Of a stretch of DNA of 64,000 nucleotides, positions 43,000 through 56,718 are shown piece after piece. Every line of letters begins with the position of its first letter. Within the stretch, counting starts at the first letter, position 1. A program made the translations under genes and the position numbers. A model generated the notes under the pieces. That model saw only the letters and a program-made list of their open reading frames with translations, was not told the origin of the DNA and searched no databases. Source of the stretch: Octopus vulgaris (lineage: Eukaryota); NCBI GenBank assembly GCA_951406725.2, contig OX597815.1, positions 137,268,001 through 137,332,000 of the forward strand, in the 5' to 3' direction.

Positions 43000-45085
43000 T
43001 TCTTTTCTGTTTTTAATTATCTAAATTCTTCCACTGAGTAAGGAGCTGGTTTCTAACAAAGATACAAATCTCGATCTTTGGGATGAAGATAAGCAGAACA
43101 ATGTCACATTTTAAACTTGAGAAAAGCTCTGCATATTCTTGCTGTTCCACTTACAACTTGTATCTAAAATGTGGGTGTTAGTTGGTTTATTTCTTCTGAA
43201 AATTCAAACTTATCTAGTCTATCAGTTAGGCATTTACTTAGAAAACCAACTACACTAACTATTGTTGGTATACATGTAAATTTGTAATCTGAATATAGAA
43301 GCTGAAGGTTTCGAAGCCGTTGTCCATAGTTTTCCTTTTTCTCTTTGATTTTCAGAGATATTCACATCAGCAAGGACAGCGGACCCCCATGACTTTACAT
43401 ACTATTTTTGTCTGTCCCAAACAATAATATCGTGTCGCATAAGGAGGTAATATATTGATGATACTTTGGGGGCGCTGCTAACCACGTGTGTGATGTATTC
43501 CACAGAAACATCACATAAACTACATTTTCTGTTGCATCTTATAACTGCAAGGCCTGTCTCTTTTTTTATTAGCTGTTTTGTAGCAATGTCCAATTTTGGG
43601 TTTGGAAATGCATAGCCATCGAAGTGTCCTGTGATGTAGCAGTCACGATTCCAAGAGAGGCTTCGCTTCATGCCAATACTGCTGTCTTCTAAGGCGGCGA
43701 GCTGGCAGAAACGTTAGCATGCCGGGCAAAATGCTTAGCGGTAGTTCGTCTTTCTTTACGTCCTGAGTTCATATTCCGCCGAGGTCGACTTTGCCTTTCA
43801 TCCTTTCGGGGTCAATAAATTAAATACCAGTTGCGTACTGGAGTCGATCTAATCGACAGGGCCCAGCTCTCCAAACGTTTGTGCCTAGAGTAGAAAAGAA
43901 TGTTGCTGTCTTCTTAAGTTTTCGGAAAACATACCCATACATGGTCGTTTTTCATATGCTGAGTGTTTCACATCCAGGTCTTCTTCAGCTGTTTTGGAGG
44001 TTGTATGTGAGGTCATCAGGAAGAGAGTGCTTCCTGAGGAGTTCGCTCCTGACGCGTAGGATATTGTTATCTTCACTTTTCAGTACTAAGTTATTCTTGT
44101 TGCTGTTTTTTAGCAAGTGCTATCTGAGAAAGACTATACGACATTCGAAGTCTCTCAGCACTGTTCTCAAACATCCAACTCCTTTATCTCTTTTTAAGTA
44201 GAGTCTGTTGATATCACTATTCCTGTGGAGATTTCCAGTTGATGTCAGTATCTTGCAGGTTTTAACGTCTGTGGATTTCTTCTAGATACCAGTCAAGTGT
44301 CCCAAATGTTGGAAACAGCACTGGTACCGCAAATGTATTGCGGGATATTGTCTTGTTATAAGAGGCACGTTCCAACTGCCATATTTTTCTAAGTCTGGTA
44401 TAATATCCTTAGGTCATTCTATATCTATTCACAGTACCTTCGTATAATATAGTCTCATCAATGCCTAGGTATTTGTAGCATTCTTTGCGTAGGAGAGGAG
44501 AGATAGTGAGACTATTGATACACGGGTCTTTGAGTCACAGGGACTGACTTTCCCCGTTCAATAATCAAACATAAACATTTCTATTCTTATGTCAACTGAA
44601 AATGTTGTTCACTCTAGCTGGGGTTTTTTTTCGGCAGTGTTAACATTTTAGCATATATTTCGAGATCATCCGCAAAGAAACAATGGGTTACATAAATATT
44701 TCTAGTAGTTGCAGACCCTGGCATGTAGCCATTTGATTTTTGTAGCATGAATGATAATGGATTTAATGCCAAGATGAACAAAATTACTGAGGGACTATCT
44801 CCTTAGAATATTCCCTTTGGAAAATTTATAACATTGGAGACGATCATTTTGCTTTCAGTTCTAAGTGTAAGAATTGTTTTCCAGGTCTTTGTGAGCCTCT
44901 CAATGGCAGCAACTAAGATAGTAGGCACTTTTGCCAAATGGAGACTCTTCAGCAATCATGAGTGGGGAATAGAGTCAAATGTCTTCCTATAATCAAGCCA
45001 TACTATTGTAAAGTTCGTATGATTTTTTTTTCACCGCTGACAGTACAGTTTTGTTTATCAAAAGTTGTTCGGCACACTACACATA
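43000..45085 (-). mobile_element. Dong/R4 LINE related to 3516-5245, decayed
   Basis: Reverse complement shares gtgccgaacaactttt.ataaacaaa and tggcttga.tata.gaag.catt.gactctat with 3768-3870. CSLCDVSVEYITHVVS..LLMRHD at 43402-43671. 3' end abuts (CATA)n. Confidence 0.85.
43691..43903 (+). mobile_element. SINE family A nested in the LINE, 11-bp TSD
   Basis: tgctgtcttct at 43680-43690 and 43904-43914. Confidence 0.9.
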
Positions 45086-45194
45086 GGCCAGTAGCAGAAG
45101 GAAAGTGAATTACAACTTGATCGTGTTTCGGGCTTAAAGTATTAAAAAAACTTTACCTTTATTGGATTTTCAACAATATTAACAGGGTGTTTTC

Positions 45195-45293
45195 GTATGT
45201 ATGTATGTATGTATGTATGTATGTATGTATGTATGTATGTATGTATGTATGTATGTATGTATGTATGAATGTATGTATGTATGTATGTATGTA

Positions 45294-45324
<31 letters not shown>

Positions 45325-45545
45325 ATGTATGTATGTATGTTTTTATGTATGTATGTATGTATGTATGTATGTATGTATGTATGTATGTATGTATGTATGT
45401 GTGTGTGTATGTATGTATGTATGTATGTATGAATGTATGTATGTATGTATGTATGTGTGTGTGTATGTATGTATGTATGTATGTATTTATGTATGTATGT
45501 ATGTATGTATGTATGTATGTATGTATGTATGTATGTATGTATATA
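45195..45545. repeat. (TATG)n microsatellite, ~350 bp
   Basis: Read directly. Confidence 0.97.
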
Positions 45546-45559
45546 TGTATGTGCGTGTG

Positions 45560-46030
45560 TGCAGATCTCTATGTTTTGTTTTATGTATGCATTCTTATGC
45601 ATATAGTTGCATGTCTAGACATGCTCATTTATGCTTAAATGATAAACTTCTGGAAAGTTTTACAGATTTTTACAGTTCCTGTGATGGCTTGGATCTGTAG
45701 TATTCGAATCCGCTTTTTTCCTGGTTTTGAGAAGCCTAATTCCTCAAGATTGGTATTTCGTGTGTTACATATCCCAGCGCCCCAAAAATTACAGGTATAA
45801 ACCTGAACTTGAAATCTGCATAGAGTAGCTGTAGATTCCTCAATAATCCAGTATAGGTATTTTCTTTCTCGCTGATCTTTAGCTTTAGGTTAACATCCAC
45901 TGGGCAACTGATTTCCACAACTGTAGAGTTCCTTCTCTATCCCAAATAAAATGCCAGTTACTTATATTTACATTTTATTGAGGATTTCACTGGGACATTC
46001 CAACAGTATTCCTTTTTATTATTAGTGGCT
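45560..46030 (-). mobile_element. Dong/R4 LINE 3' end embedded in (TACA)n
   Basis: EISCPVDVNLKLKISEKENTY..LQLLY..FRFIPVIFGALG (REL domain). (TATG)n on both sides. Confidence 0.82.
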
Positions 46031-46264
46031 ATGTATGTATGTATGTATGTTTGTATGTATGTATGTATGTATGCATGTAAACTAATACATCTGTTTGTTG
46101 TCTACACCACCTATCTTCGTCTTTTGTTTTTTGTGACTTCTCTCTATGTATGAATATGTGAGTGTTTATATGTATGTGAGTACGTATGTATGGACGCATC
46201 TCTCTCTCTATATATCTATCTATCTATCTCTATGCATGAATATGATTTATATACATATATATAT

Positions 46265-46810
46265 ATATATATATAGATGTACATGTAATATGTACACATA
46301 TATATACACATATATACATGCACTAGCACTATGACCCGGCAACGACAGGTCTTTAATACTAGTATGTATATATTTATGTATGTGTCTGTGCTTGTTCCCT
46401 CGCCATCGATATTGGTATATTTACGTTCCCTGTAACCTAGCGGTTCGGCAAAAGACACTGATAGAATAAGTACTAGGCTTACAAAGAATAAGTGCTAGGG
46501 TCGATTGTTCGACTAAAGGCAGTGATCCATTTGACTGCGACCATGCTGGACCACTGCCTTTAGTCGAACAATCGACCCTAGCACTTATTCTTTGTAAGCC
46601 TAGTACTTATTCTATCAGTGTCTTTTGCCGAACCGCTAGGTTACAGGGAACGTAAATATACCAATATCGATGGCGAGGGAACAAGCACAGACACATACAT
46701 AAATATATACATACTAGTATTAAAGACCTGTCGTTGCCGGGTCATAGTGCTAGTGCATGTATATATGTGTATATATATGTGTACATATTACATGTACATC
46801 TATATATATA
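46265..46810. repeat. Near-perfect ~265-bp-arm palindrome with 17-nt spacer
   Basis: ORFs 46216-46458(-) and 46618-46884(+) translate identically for ~65 aa. Spacer tttgactgcgaccatgc at 46530-46546. Arms contain a SINE B tail. Confidence 0.95.
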
Positions 46811-46899
46811 CATCTACACATAAAATACAAAATACAAATTTATATCTTGATATCGCTAGTGATAACAATACTCAAAATATATAACAGACTGGAATTGTT

Positions 46900-47260
46900 A
46901 GCCCGTCTTTTGTAATTTCGATCAATTGTATCTTGTCCTCCCTCTTGTATAGAAGTGTGGCTACAATCCTGCCTACCTCTACATCTGGGGGTGGGGGGAC
47001 CATTTTAAATTTTTTCACGGACGTCCTACGTCCCAGATATAAAGATAAAAATAAAATATTTCCACTTTGCAAGTTCGAGTCGAGTACTCTCTTGCACGCT
47101 CAGTTGACTCGAACCTTGCTTCTATTGTGGCGAATTTACCGCATCTGATTAGATACCTTTCATAGTCGCACCAAGACACTTTTCGAAGGTGCTTTCCTCC
47201 ATGTGTTCAAATCTTCTTTTTTCTCTACATTGTATACTTTATAGAGAATAGACGTTTCTT
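46900..47260 (-). mobile_element. Possible L1/Tx1-type ORF1 relic
   Basis: Minus: YLIRCGKFATIEARFESTERAREYSTRT(fs)LQSGNILFLSLYLGRRTSVKKFKMVPP. RRM-like ORF1 pattern, judged by eye only. Confidence 0.35.
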
Positions 47261-47489
47261 TGATTTAATTTTTTATTATCCATCTGGACTATTCCTTTTC
47301 TGCACGCTAATTTTATTTTTAATTTATTCCCATCCATGTGAAACTACTTATTCAAGTTCAAAACATTGATGCAATTTTATACTAATTGTTATTTTTACTT
47401 TTGTTGTGTTACGATTACATTATACTTTAGTTTGATTTTCATTATTACTTACTACATATAATTCAATTGTCATTATTTTTATTGTTAAA

Positions 47490-47760
47490 GTGAAAGTATC
47501 TGACATAAAATAGGGAAACGTTTTTGTTTCACTTTTAACACGTAATACTGAAATAGTGGAGAAGATATGATATTGTTATGGGCTCGCTCTAGGCAAGAAG
47601 TTGAACAAGATTTTTTGCCGATGACACTCCCCGGACCCTAAGTAAGGCATGTGTAAAATTTGAATGAAATTGGTTGTGTAGTTCTCAAGTTTTAGGGAAA
47701 CACACAGACAGACAGACAGACACACACACACATACATTCTCAGTTTTATATATATAAATA
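47490..47760 (+). mobile_element. Lep1/DINE-1-like non-autonomous Helitron-type end
   Basis: catgtgtaaaatttgaatgaaattggttgtgtagttc...(acag)n(ac)n..cattctcagttttatatatata, the typical core + microsatellite + TTTATATA layout. Confidence 0.5.
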
Positions 47761-47978
47761 TATATATATACATATATACGGCAGGTTTCTTTCAGTTTCC
47801 GTCTACCATATCCTTTACACATCACACGGCTCGTGTCGACCTGAGACTATAGTAGAATACATTTGCATAAAGTGCCACGCAATGAGATTGAACCGGGGGC
47901 CATGTAATTGAGAAACAAGCTTCTTACCGCACATACATATATACATACATACATATACATACATACATGCATAGATGC

Positions 47979-48046
<68 letters not shown>

Positions 48047-48191
48047 ACGAAGGTGTGGTTGTGTGTCAATATATATATATATATATATATAATTAAAATC
48101 ACAATAAGGGTGAAAGAAATTGAATATTAATTAATAACATCAATTTCGTATGGATTTTGGCGTTTGGTTCAGCAAATTATGTTTTTGATAT

Positions 48192-48266
48192 ACTCTACCG
48201 ATGATTCGAAAATGATTTGTAAGTAAAATTACACAATCTATTAACGATGAAACAATTGTATAGAGT
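48192..48266 (+). ncRNA. Type I hammerhead motif, CCGAUGA core, long helix II
   Basis: actcta CCGATGA ttcg...cgat GAAAC aatt GTA tagagt. Helix I 6 bp perfect, palindromic helix III ACAATTGT, GUA cleavage triplet at 48258-48260. Confidence 0.75.
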
Positions 48267-49418
48267 TAATCCATTTTTTCGTTATTTTTCATTTGCCCTG
48301 TCCGCTTACATTCTTGGCGTGTTGAATTAATGCTTGAGAACAATTCTTTAGTGGTGGATTCCCTTTGCAGATCTATTTCTAGCGTTAGAGTGATAAAACT
48401 TACCTGGAAATGGATGCGTGGCGTTCAATCATATTTATATTATTATATGATTGAACGCCACGTAAGTTTTATCTTAATAATATCTTTCTGTCCTTTTTCC
48501 CCGTCTTTCGTTTCCTCTCTCATTCTATCTCTTTTTCTCTTTTTCCTCCCCTCTTTCGTTTCCTCTCTCTTCCTTTCTCTATTCTCTTTATCTCCTCTTC
48601 TCTCGCTTTCATTTTCCTCTCTCATTCTTCTTTTCCCCACCCCTACGCCGTTCTCTGTTTGTCCTTCTCTCTCTCTCCCTCACTCTTCCGCCCTTGCTCT
48701 CTCGTGGCTCGCACGTGACTGTCGGCCAACTTTCTTCTCCTAACTTGAATTTCCTTCTTTCTCTCTGATCAGTTACAGGGGTTGGATGCATTCTTCTGTC
48801 TCTTGTCAGAGCTTTTTTTCTCCGAGTTCACCAACTCAACTCGGCTAGGCTTAGCAGCACTTCCTGTCTGCTTTCATTGTCTTGTTTTTGTTACCAACTT
48901 TAACTCTCCGCATAGACCCAATTTTTTTAATCCGCTTTGCGGGAACAAATGTTATGTTGCAAACGTATCTTGAAATGCTCGAAATACGAAGTAGAAAAAC
49001 AGCCAATATATATATATAGAGGTATATATAAAACAGCCAACATATATATATTGATATAGGTGTATATATATATATATATATATATAAATCAAGATATGTT
49101 TTTAGTTCTAGGTCATAGTGTAGCTGAAATTTAACACAGTCACAGATAAATGCGAAGGCCATAGCTGAAGTCACATTTTATTTCTATATTCATTTGTAAT
49201 TACCAAACTTGAATTTAACCATCTTCAGAATTAGTTGGCTAAAACAATTCTGGATGAATGAACATGTCCGGATCGACTGAAGAAAGAATAGCAGTATCTT
49301 TTAAAATCAATTTAGGCAAACTAGAATATCACATTTTATTTATTTATTTTTTTGTATTAAATTGAACTTGAAAATAACGGATATCGAAGTTAACAAAACA
49401 CACACACACACACACAAG

Positions 49419-49457
<39 letters not shown>

Positions 49458-49593
49458 CATACACATATATGCATAACATGCAAGATATCTGTATGTGTGA
49501 TATATAATTTACCATGTATATTTTATATCATATATTCCATATTATACATACGTTTTATACACTATGCATGTTATACACACAAGGACACAAATA

Positions 49594-49667
<74 letters not shown>

Positions 49668-49721
49668 TTCTTTATTGTAAACATATATATATATTTATAT
49701 ACGTGTATAAATCTACCTGGC

Positions 49722-49905
<184 letters not shown>

Positions 49906-50181
49906 AAGAATAATTGTATTTGTATTTATGTGTAGATACATATATTGTCAAATATAAATATTTCATTATCTATCTACAGATCTATCTATGCAGATATGTG
50001 TGTGTATTAAGTATGGATTAAAAATATATTCCATATATTTATATGTGTGTATACATATATGTATACATACATGCATACATGCATGTATGTATATATGTAT
50101 GCATGTATGAATCTGCGTACACATATGCATATGTATATGCTTATATATATATATATATATCTGTTATACACGCAAAAACGC

Positions 50182-50328
<147 letters not shown>

Positions 50329-50468
50329 CATGATATATATTTTGTATAATCAATATGTAGGTATACATAATATATATATACATATGTATATAATATACAT
50401 GTACATGCATGTATATTACATACAGACACATTACAAATAAAAACACACGCTGACGCACATTCATACAT

Positions 50469-50531
<63 letters not shown>

Positions 50532-50648
50532 CGTGTGTGTGTATATAGGTAGGTATTTATTATAAATGCATTGTATATTTTATGTATATTATATATGTCT
50601 ATGAATGTGCGTATGTGTGCACCTCTGTGTGTGTATGTGTGTGTGGTG

Positions 50649-50681
<33 letters not shown>

Positions 50682-50693
50682 GTATAAAATATA

Positions 50694-50729
<36 letters not shown>

Positions 50730-50730
<1 letters not shown>

Positions 50731-50810
50731 TTTATTAAAAAGCAGCAAAAATATGACAAAAGCTGTTACTCAGTGTTACACGTTCCCGTTCGTCGGACAG
50801 TTTTGTTTAT
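50730..50810 (-). mobile_element. Partial copy of the 59163-59862 arm with hammerhead (50763-50800)
   Basis: Minus: ctgt CCGACGA acg-ggaa-cgt GTAAC actga GTA acag. The family's 3' extension recurs at ~51390-51450. Confidence 0.7.
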
Positions 50811-51502
50811 ACACACACACACACACACACACGCCCCACACACACATGCACACACGCACGCACGCACACACACGCACGCACGCACATGTCCCATATGCAT
50901 CCTAGAAAAATTTATGTACATATATTAATAATGATTTTGTCATGTACTGACTCTTATAGCCTCTTTTGACAATAGCATACTCTTTATTCATTTATGTGTT
51001 TGTTTTGTGATGCTCATTCGACCTTGTTTTATATTTGTTCTTATCGTCCAGTTTCCTTTAATTCTGAATTCCTCAAACAATATGTTGTTTATTGTACTTA
51101 TTTTGGCTATCATCATGTATATATGCGGTTATGTTATTCAGTTTTATTCAACTTTTACTCGCTTTTAATTATCATTTCATTTTCCGGTAACCGCCATTCG
51201 CAATATCAAACATATTTCACTAAATTTGAATAGTCACACCCCGTGTCCCATTGATTTTAAGGAAAATTATAATTTGACAATCGCTCAATGATAATTACTG
51301 CACCATTTTAAAAACTTCTAGTTGATGAAACCACAAGTAATAATTTGTAAAATTCTTTACACTTCAATAATATTAATAAAACTATAATGTGCTCTGCCTA
51401 TGGTATTCGAGCACTGCTTTCTCCACCTTGTTTTCCACATATGTACTCACATGTGCATATAAATATGTGCATACGTATATGTATATACGTGTGTGTGTGT
51501 GC

Positions 51503-51539
<37 letters not shown>

Positions 51540-51832
51540 CACACACACATACATACATATGTATATACATATATAAATATAAAGACACAGACAGACAGAT
51601 ATATACACCTACATACATACATATGTATATATATATATATATATATATATTTGAGTAGTTCAATGAATTATCTTGTTATGGATAATTCGGTTAACCGATA
51701 CCTGGGTAGCAAATTCACATCAGAGAAGACACGTTTGAAGTTACGTGCTTTCGTGTGGAAATTTATATGTTTTTTTTAAATATAAATATATGAAAGAATG
51801 GAGTTGAACGACGAATTAACAAAATTCCTTTA

Positions 51833-51915
51833 TTTTCGACATATGTTTCGAAGGCTGCATATTCATAATTGCGAAGGAATAAGGAGTATATTATGCCGCT
51901 TTCTCATCAGGAAAA
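51833..51915 (-). ncRNA. Type I hammerhead ribozyme (left arm)
   Basis: Minus: ttttc CTGATGA gaaagcggcata...tatgcagccttc GAAAC atat GTC gaaaa. Confidence 0.85.
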
Positions 51916-52484
51916 GCAAGGAACTTATGTCAACATCAAGATGCACAAAAAACTTTTAGATGACTGTTCACACGGAGCCCATAGTGATAATGAGTGTCTC
52001 TTTAAAAAATTCCTTTATAAGGAGTGACGTCAAAATGGTTGGATGTAGAAGAATCTTTCTCTCTCTCTTTCCCTCTATCTATAGTAAGCACATTCAAATA
52101 CACAGACAAACACCGTTCACCTCACCACTGTCTGTTTTCTGACACCCACCCACCCATCCACAAACACAATCACGCACACACATACACACACACACACATT
52201 AATGTCGTTATATACAGTCACACACACAGACACTCATTCACAAAAGAAAATTCACCATTCATTTGAACTGCACCCTTTCACCTTCCTTTTCTTATGCCTC
52301 TCTTCTCCTACTTCGTTTGAACCCTTGAACCTTTAGAACCTTCTAGATTCTTCTACATCCAACCATTTTGACGTCACTCCTTATAAAGGAATTTTTAAAG
52401 AGACACTCATTATCACTATGGGCTCCGTGTGAGCAGTCATCTAAAAGTTTTTTGTGCATCTTGATGTTGACATAAGTTCCTTGC

Positions 52485-52565
52485 TTTCCTGATGAGAAAG
52501 CGGCATAATATACTCCTTATTCCTTCGCAATTATGAATATGCAGCCTTCGAAACATATGTCGAAA
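52485..52565 (+). ncRNA. Type I hammerhead ribozyme (right arm)
   Basis: tttc CTGATGA(52489-95) gaaagcggcata/tatgcagccttc (10 of 12 pairs) GAAAC atat GTC(52559-61) gaaa. Distal helix I ttcctt/aaggaa. Confidence 0.85.
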
Positions 52566-52728
52566 ATAAAGGAATTTTGTTAATTCGTCGTTCAACTCCA
52601 CTCTTTCATATATTTATATATATATCTACATACATATATGCATATGTGGGTGTCTAAGTGAAAGAGATTACTACCGAATACACTAAATTGAAATTACATT
52701 TAATAACACTGAGTTCAATTTTTATTGC

Positions 52729-52811
<83 letters not shown>

Positions 52812-53879
52812 TATGCATGTATGTATAGATAAAGTGTTATTATTTTATTTGGTCTACTTAGTATGCTGCACCCATACTGGGACCATGCTGTATATTACAA
52901 TGAACCTTCTTTAAGCTGTATTCCACTAGCAGGGATATCGGATAAATTTGTCGAAATCTGTGTTTAGTGAATGACCTCCTCCTGCTATCTTTGTGTATTA
53001 ATACTGATAGTTGTATATTGTGACTGTGCTACATGAACGTTGTATATTCACCAAATATTAGGTTCGCTCAATTACGGAACATATTGAGGAAACCCGTTTT
53101 TGTAATTCTTCTTCTGTTATGAAATACTATGGCAATTGTTCTGACATAAAACTGCACTAACTCTCCACAGCTACTTATACCATAATAGTCAATGGACTGT
53201 TGGTGAGATAATAGAAGAGAAACAAAATAGTAACCGAAAACGGTTGACATTTTACCTGTACAAATCCAATTTCTTAACCACTATTACACACTTGACTAAG
53301 AAATAAACTCTTCATTTGTGGCAACCGGCCCCTGACCAATTAACTACTCTATGAATTCTTCTACTGTTTCAATTCATTTATCCCATTCTCTCCCTGTTTT
53401 ATCTGTCTTTCTTCAACCTCTGATTTTGATTCTTATTCACTCACTCGAATAAATAATCCGTTTCTTGGTAAGAAATTGTATCTTTTAATTTTCTATTTTT
53501 CACTTTTTACAGTCATTGGACCGGGGCCAATCGGGGGCACCGCTTTTAAGGGTTGTAGTTGGATAAATCCCCCCCTCCAGTACTTATTCTTTAAACTCCC
53601 AGTACTTATTTTATTCTATCGATCTTAATTGACGAACCGCTATGTTACGGGAACAGAAAAAGAATAACACTGATCCTCAGACGGTTGCAGGGGACGCAAA
53701 TTCTTACAGATATATACATATATATATATATACATGTGCGTGCGTGTATGTATGTGTGTATGAGTGTGAATGCGCGCGCGCGTGTGCACGGATGTGCGAG
53801 ATACATTCCAGACGTTTCGCGCCTTTTTTAAGAGAGGCAATTATTGTAATTTTAGTACATCATTACCATACATCTTAAT

Positions 53880-54305
53880 AAGCTCACCTGCTCACTTTTC
53901 TCTTATTCCAGATTGAAGGAGATGGCTGTACCAGCAGGACTTTGACCACACCCTACATATTACAGCTGACTAGTTTGTAGAATGCAGTTGGGACGTGACA
54001 ACAATTTGGAAGCTCACTAAGCAATAGAGTTTTGTGTTAAGCTGGGAGAAAATACTACAAAAACTTATGAAATACTCTACATTGATTATAGATTAACTTG
54101 TATGAGCCGAGCGTCTGTTTCGCTGCCACAAGATGCCAGGTACTGCAAGTCCACCTGAAAGCTTATGATGATCCCTTTTTCAACAGTAAGTTCATCATCT
54201 ACATCCACTGGGTTTCTTCTGACCAAACGGTCAGCGAATAGTATTTTGTGGAAGTTTTGAAGGAGTTCAGAAACAGATTTCGACGCAAATGTCCAGAGCA
54301 GCAAA
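53880..54305 (+). mobile_element. Mariner transposase relic, internally deleted
   Basis: From 53982: AIEFCVKLGENTTKTYEIL..CMSRASV (HTH), then KLMMIPFFNSKFIIYIHWVSSDQTVSE*YFVEVLKEFRNRFRRKCPE (catalytic-domain segment). Confidence 0.8.
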
Positions 54306-54307
54306 GA

Positions 54308-54455
54308 TGGGGTACTGAAAAATTCCTGGTTTTAAGGGTATCACGAGTTCCGAGTTCTCTCAAAGGACTTAGAAAACCTGAATGACCGCTGCAATAAGTG
54401 AGTGACTCTGAGAGGGTAATATGTTGAATAAAATCATAATCAACTGATCCTCCAG
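54308..54455 (+). mobile_element. Short mariner derivative (TIR-like start plus transposase C-terminus)
   Basis: ggggtactgaaaaattcctgg start, then DRCNK*VTLRG*YVE* (cf. WxKCVxxxGDYVE). Confidence 0.55.
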
Positions 54456-54522
54456 TATATATATATATGTACTATACATACACATAAATACATACGCACA
54501 CATGCAGACACACATATATTCT

Positions 54523-54556
<34 letters not shown>

Positions 54557-55414
54557 TGTGTGTGTGTGTGTGAATGAAGATAAACAGTTTAAGTGTGATA
54601 AGAGTAAAATGTTCCTCATCTGCCAAATGCGCCATAAGGATGAAACAGGGGTACTACCCTGAAATAATTCAAGCCTCTAAAAACAATGGGTCGACACCTT
54701 GTTGGATATTAAAAAAACATTGTGTTGCACAAGCCCAGTTGCTCTACACCTTTTTATGTAGGTGGTGGTAGAATGCTTAGGATGTCTGTGAGTTTGAATG
54801 ACTGTCATTCACTCCATCGTCTACCAGTGCAATATTACCATTCAGTTAAAGCGTGGCTCATTAATATTTTTAATGACTGGTTTCTCTGTCACTTTTTCCC
54901 TGTAGGAAGATGTCCTCAAACTTAGGTGAAGCATCTTATTACCAGACAGCCAGGAACTTCTCACATTGCCAAATCTGGCCCATGTTCGTGCCGTTGAATA
55001 TCTTCCTACGATCAGGCCCATAAATCAAAGTCTAATTGTATGAAAGTATTTGAAAAGAGTTCTCGTAAGGAGAGAAGACGATCTTAAAGAAATTACTCAA
55101 GCATACAGAACTTTTACTGACAGCAATACCTATTAAGGATAACCTTGAATCCGTAATATTCAGTTAGCAATTTCATAGACGGTATTGAAGACTACCACAC
55201 TGGAGATGGAGAAAACGATTTTGCGGATTTGAAAGCAAGGGATTTTCATCGTATATGTTAGAAGTGTAGCAAACAGAGGCCTTCTAAAACTCAAAAAAGA
55301 AAAACTGTTCAAATAAAAAATATAAATTCTCTGTCTTTGCTTAACATAGATAAGCAGCAACCGAAACTTTTCTTTTCTATCAGAATGGTTTAATGAGCTT
55401 TCATAATAGATACG

Positions 55415-55469
<55 letters not shown>

Positions 55470-56132
55470 GTATATATTTATATATATATGCGTGTGCGTG
55501 TATGTGTTATATTCATATATTATATATATAAATATATATATATTGTGTACTCGTATAGATGACATCACAATCTTGTTAGAACAGATATTACTAATGTTAC
55601 AGAATGTAAGCAAAAGAGAAATAGCAGATAAAGTCCTCAAGTTCTCGTTTTTAAGAGCAGGTATGGTGGGTATGATAAAAACACGATGTAACATTGTAAA
55701 AATGGCCCCAAATCTCTGATACTAGAATCCCTTGCTAACGCCATTTTATGCATTTACGAACCTATAGGAACCGATGTTCATGAATGTTATTCACATCTAA
55801 GAACTTTACAGGAACTCATCTGAAAGTAGAACCACAATTTATTCTTTATGTCAAATTATACTGATGTTTCTACAGCTGTTATGCCTACTGATGATGCTAA
55901 AGATCAACCTGCTGACATTGTCATATCTGAGTCTAACTAAATTTCTACAAATGCGCAGCATGAGTTGATCCATTGTATCTTTAGTGAGCAATAATGAAAA
56001 CTTATCGAGTTCTCAGTCTACATCCATCTCCAAACATTAGACTCGTATTATTATAATATAGCACAGGTAAATGAAGTAGACGTTTTACGATGGCTTTTTA
56101 ATTTTTACATATTGTGATGTTAAATAATTTCT

Positions 56133-56212
<80 letters not shown>

Positions 56213-56487
56213 CTAAAGTTATAATTTAGGGAATCTAAAAGATACCACCACGTAGTGGTATCGCTTAGATACCCTAAATTATCTTACTAAATTACACTTA
56301 AATAATAATTTTTACCTTTGAAGGTTTTTATTCCCATGCTGGCCACTTGATAAGATCGATATTTAAATTAACGATCTTATCCTTATTTATATAAATTTAT
56401 ATATATATATATATAACACATATATCTATGTATATATACATATATTTAACATATATATATATGTATATATACCTATATATATATATA

Positions 56488-56518
<31 letters not shown>

Positions 56519-56546
56519 TCTATATATAATATATATGTATATATAT

Positions 56547-56607
<61 letters not shown>

Positions 56608-56619
56608 CATATATAACAT

Positions 56620-56718
<99 letters not shown>

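Larger units (their letters stand above)
51781..52618. mobile_element. Fold-back element, ~275-bp near-identical arms around a 288-bp spacer, (TA)-flanked
   Basis: 51781-52056 is the reverse complement of 52345-52618 with only a few differences. Confidence 0.95.

Noticed and set aside
53185-53250. TTGGTGAG...CGAAAACGGTTgacat motif
   Set aside because: Core has several changes and helix I is unsupported.
55700-56090. Decayed CR1/L2 RT (FILYV..TDDAK)
   Set aside because: Short motifs across frames, not enough to call.
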